Source of the DNA: Sminthopsis crassicaudata
Taxonomy: Eukaryota
Direction: 5' to 3'
Assembly (NCBI RefSeq): GCF_048593235.1
Contig: NC_133618.1
Coordinates: forward strand, 178,215,162 to 178,279,161
Length of the DNA stretch: 64,000 nucleotides
Part shown: positions 60,960 to 64,000 of the stretch, piece by piece
Layout of the letters: each line of letters starts with the position of its first letter
Numbering within the stretch: position 1 is the stretch's first letter
Made by a program: the position numbers and the translations under genes
Notes under the pieces: generated by a model
What the model was told of the DNA's origin: nothing
Databases searched by the model: none
What the model saw: the letters and a program-made list of their open reading frames with translations, nothing else

Positions 60960-63770
60960 TATGCATTGACTCCAGGCTATGGTTGAGCTAAAAGATTTTA
61001 AAAAACAAGTAAGGGAGACAGAGGGGAAAATGGGAAAAGAAATGAGAGAATTGCAAGAAAATCATGAAAACAGTTAATAGCTTGGTAATGGAAGCACAAA
61101 AAAATACTAATGAGAAACAACACCTTAAAAACTAGAACAGATCAAATGGTTAAAGAGATACAAAATTCAATGAAGAGAAAAGAAAAGTACAAAAACTCAC
61201 AGAAGAAAATAATTCCTTAAAAATTAAACTGAACAAGTGGAAGCTAATGACTTTATGAGGCTTCAAGTAACAATAAAAATGAAAAAAATAATTAGTAAAA
61301 AATATGAAGTATCTCATTGAAAAGATAACCGATTTGGAAAAAATCCAGGAGAAATAATTTAGCAATTATTGGACTACCTGATAGCCATGATCAAAAAAAG
61401 AGCCTTGACATCACTTTCAAGAAATTGTCAAGGAAAACTCTTTATATTCTGCATTAGAGGGTAAAATAGAAATGGCAAGAATTCACTGATCACCTCATGA
61501 CAGAGATCCCAAAATAGAAGTTCTCAGGAATGCTGTAGTTAATTCCAGAACTTACACATCAAGATGAAAATGTTGCAAGTATCCCAAAAGAAACAATTTA
61601 AATTCATGCAGCCATAGTCAAGATAACACAAGATTTAGCAGTTTCCATATTAAATGATAGAGAGCTTGGGATATGATGTTCTATGCAAATAGTATTACAA
61701 CAAAAAATCACTTATCCAGCAAAATTGAGCACATCATTCAAGGGAAAAAGTTGATTTTCAATAAAAATAGTGGACTTTCAAACATTCTTAATGAAAAAAC
61801 TAGAGAGGAACAGAAAATTTGATATTCAAATATAACTCAAGAGAAGCAAAAAAATAATAACAGAGTTATCTTAAGGAATTCAATAAGGTTAAATAATGTT
61901 TTCATTTCTACATAGGAAAATGACTCCTTAAAAATTTCTTATTTTTAGAGCAATTAGAAGGAGAATACCCAGAAAGAGGACACAGCTGTGAATTGAGTAT
62001 GACGAGATGATTATCTTAAAAAATAAAATTAAGTGGTGAGAAAAAAATAAAGTACTGAGAGATGTGTGAAAAGAGTTGTAAAATGGAGGTAAATTATTTG
62101 ACAAAAAAGAATCCCCCCAAAAGATTTTATACTGGAAGGAAAGCCAAGGAAAGCCAGGGGAGGGGTAGAATATGAATCTTAATGCTCATTGTAATTGACT
62201 CTTGGAGGGAATAACATAAACAATTATTTGGGTTTAGAAATCTATCTAACCATGCAGGAAAATAGGAGAAAGGCCTTATGGAGGAGCTGATATTGGGTAG
62301 GCAAAGTGAGGGAGGTAAAAGTTAGAAGCAAAACAGTTTTGATAATGGGCAAGTTAAAAGGAGAAAAGTGGGATACATAGAGAAATTAAGATGAAGAGAA
62401 ATGCATATTAGTAATCATTAGTATGAAAAAGAATTCAATTTTTTTTGACAAAGACAATTAACATAGAAAAGTGAAATGTATCAAAATAGGAGCCATTCTA
62501 CCTACCATTGACGAATGTTCAAAGGATATGAACAGCAGTTTTTAGAAAAAGTAATCATTGCTATGTATAGTCATATAAAAATACTATAAATCACTATTGA
62601 TTAGAGAAATGAATTTAAACAATTCAGATCTATCATCAAACACTTATAAAATTGGATAATGTGGTAGAAAAAGAAAATGACAGATGTTGCATGGAAGATG
62701 GAAAAATTAATATTAATGCCCTGTTGGAAAAGTTGTACAGGGACTCAACTATTCTGTAGAAGAGTTTGGAATTATGCCCAAAGGGCTATAAAACCATGCA
62801 TATCTTTTGATCTAACAACATCATTACTATATTCAAAAGATATGAAAAACAAAAAGGAAAAAAGACTATTTGAACAAAAATATTTATTACAGCTTTTTTG
62901 GTGGTGGCAAAGAATTAGAAAGCAAGGGAATTTACATCAAGTAAGGAATGGCTAAGCAAGTTGTTAAATATGGTTTTGATATAATATTACTATGCTGTAA
63001 GAAATGATGAGTATTTCTAAGAATTCAAGCCATTCTCCAATTGACAAATGGTCAAAGGATATGAACAGACAATTTTAAGATGAAGAAATTGAAACCATTT
63101 CTAATCATATGAAAAGGTGCTCTAAATCTCTATTGATCAGAGAGATGCAAATTAAGACAACTCTTCGGTACCACTATACCCTTCTCAGATTGGCTAAGAT
63201 GACAGGAAAAGATAATGATGAATGTTGGAGGGGAAGTGGGAAGACTGGGACACCAATACATTGTTGGTGGAGTTGTGAACTGATTCAAGCATGGATCATA
63301 GCAATTTGGAGCTATGACCAAAGGGCCATCCAATTGTGCATACCATTTGATCCAACTGTGTTTCTACCGGGCTTATATGCCAAAGAGATCAAAAAGAATG
63401 GAAAGAAATCCACATGTTCAAAAATGTTTGTGGCAGCCCTATTTGTAGTGGCAAGAAACTGGAAACTGAGTTATGGTATATAAATATTAGGGAATATTAT
63501 TGTCCTATAAACAACAATCAGCAGAATAATTTCAGAGAGACCTGGAAAGACTTATATGAACTGATGCTAAGTGAAATGAACAGAACCAATGAGTTTTGCA
63601 TGTATAGCTTATGCCATATTGTTTGCATATTCTAATGTGGGATGGGTGGGAAAGGAGTATGGTAGAGAATTTGGAATTCAAAACATGAAAAAAAAGTAAT
63701 GTTAAAATTGTTTTTTTTTCATGCAATTGGGGAAATAATATATTTTAAAAATAAAGTTCATTTTTAAATT
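60960..63770 (+). mobile_element. Composite L1: ORF1 remnant (~60960-61850), inter-ORF, an older ORF2 tail (~62500-63010) and a younger ORF2 C-terminus/3'UTR (~63030-63770)
   Basis: ORF 63109-63483 MKRCSKSLLIREMQIKTTLRYH...CWRGSGKTGT..HCWW is the L1 ORF2 cysteine-rich domain. Confidence 0.9.
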
Positions 63771-64000
63771 TAATAAATATATTAAAATATATTTATTTTA
63801 TTATATATAATATATAAACACATTTTAATAGTAATATTTTAAATTAACTATTAATAATAAAATAATAAATATTAATTAATAAAATAATTTATTATTAAAT
63901 ACATATATTTAAAAATAAGTTCACATGCCATCATGATATCTTCCTTTTCTGATCCCTCATCCAAAAATGCTCTCACCTTCCTGTGGTGGAACATTACCTT

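Overview
AT-rich, CpG-depleted, repeat-dense eukaryotic DNA from a marsupial, most likely a dasyurid (Tasmanian devil or relative). The repeats point that way: WSINE1/MAR1-type SINEs, marsupial L1 3' ends, a MER63-type hAT MITE and an OC1-type MITE. Most of the window is old L1, L2 and MIR/MAR SINE debris, plus two clear solo LTRs, one possible solo LTR and two short N gaps. The only intact protein-coding gene I can support is a two-exon alpha-defensin on + (CDS 52129-52300 and 54283-54395; 94-aa prepropeptide). Its mature domain has EIGHT cysteines (C-x-C-x-C-x3-C-x9-C-x5-CC-x-C); the ORF track misses exon 2. An inverted, decayed paralogue lies about 35 kb upstream (- strand, 15700-17750); it is recognisable mainly from conserved intron-flank and 3'UTR sequence. 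Also present: a 5'-truncated, polyadenylated WIPI2 retrocopy (- strand, ~59050-59931), a candidate ETS/CpG bidirectional promoter at ~33650 with strong splice donors on both sides, and several weaker defensin-like relics that may be chance. No prokaryotic systems, CRISPR arrays, rRNA or tRNA genes were seen. Repeat family names are from recall and repeat boundaries are approximate unless TSDs are given.
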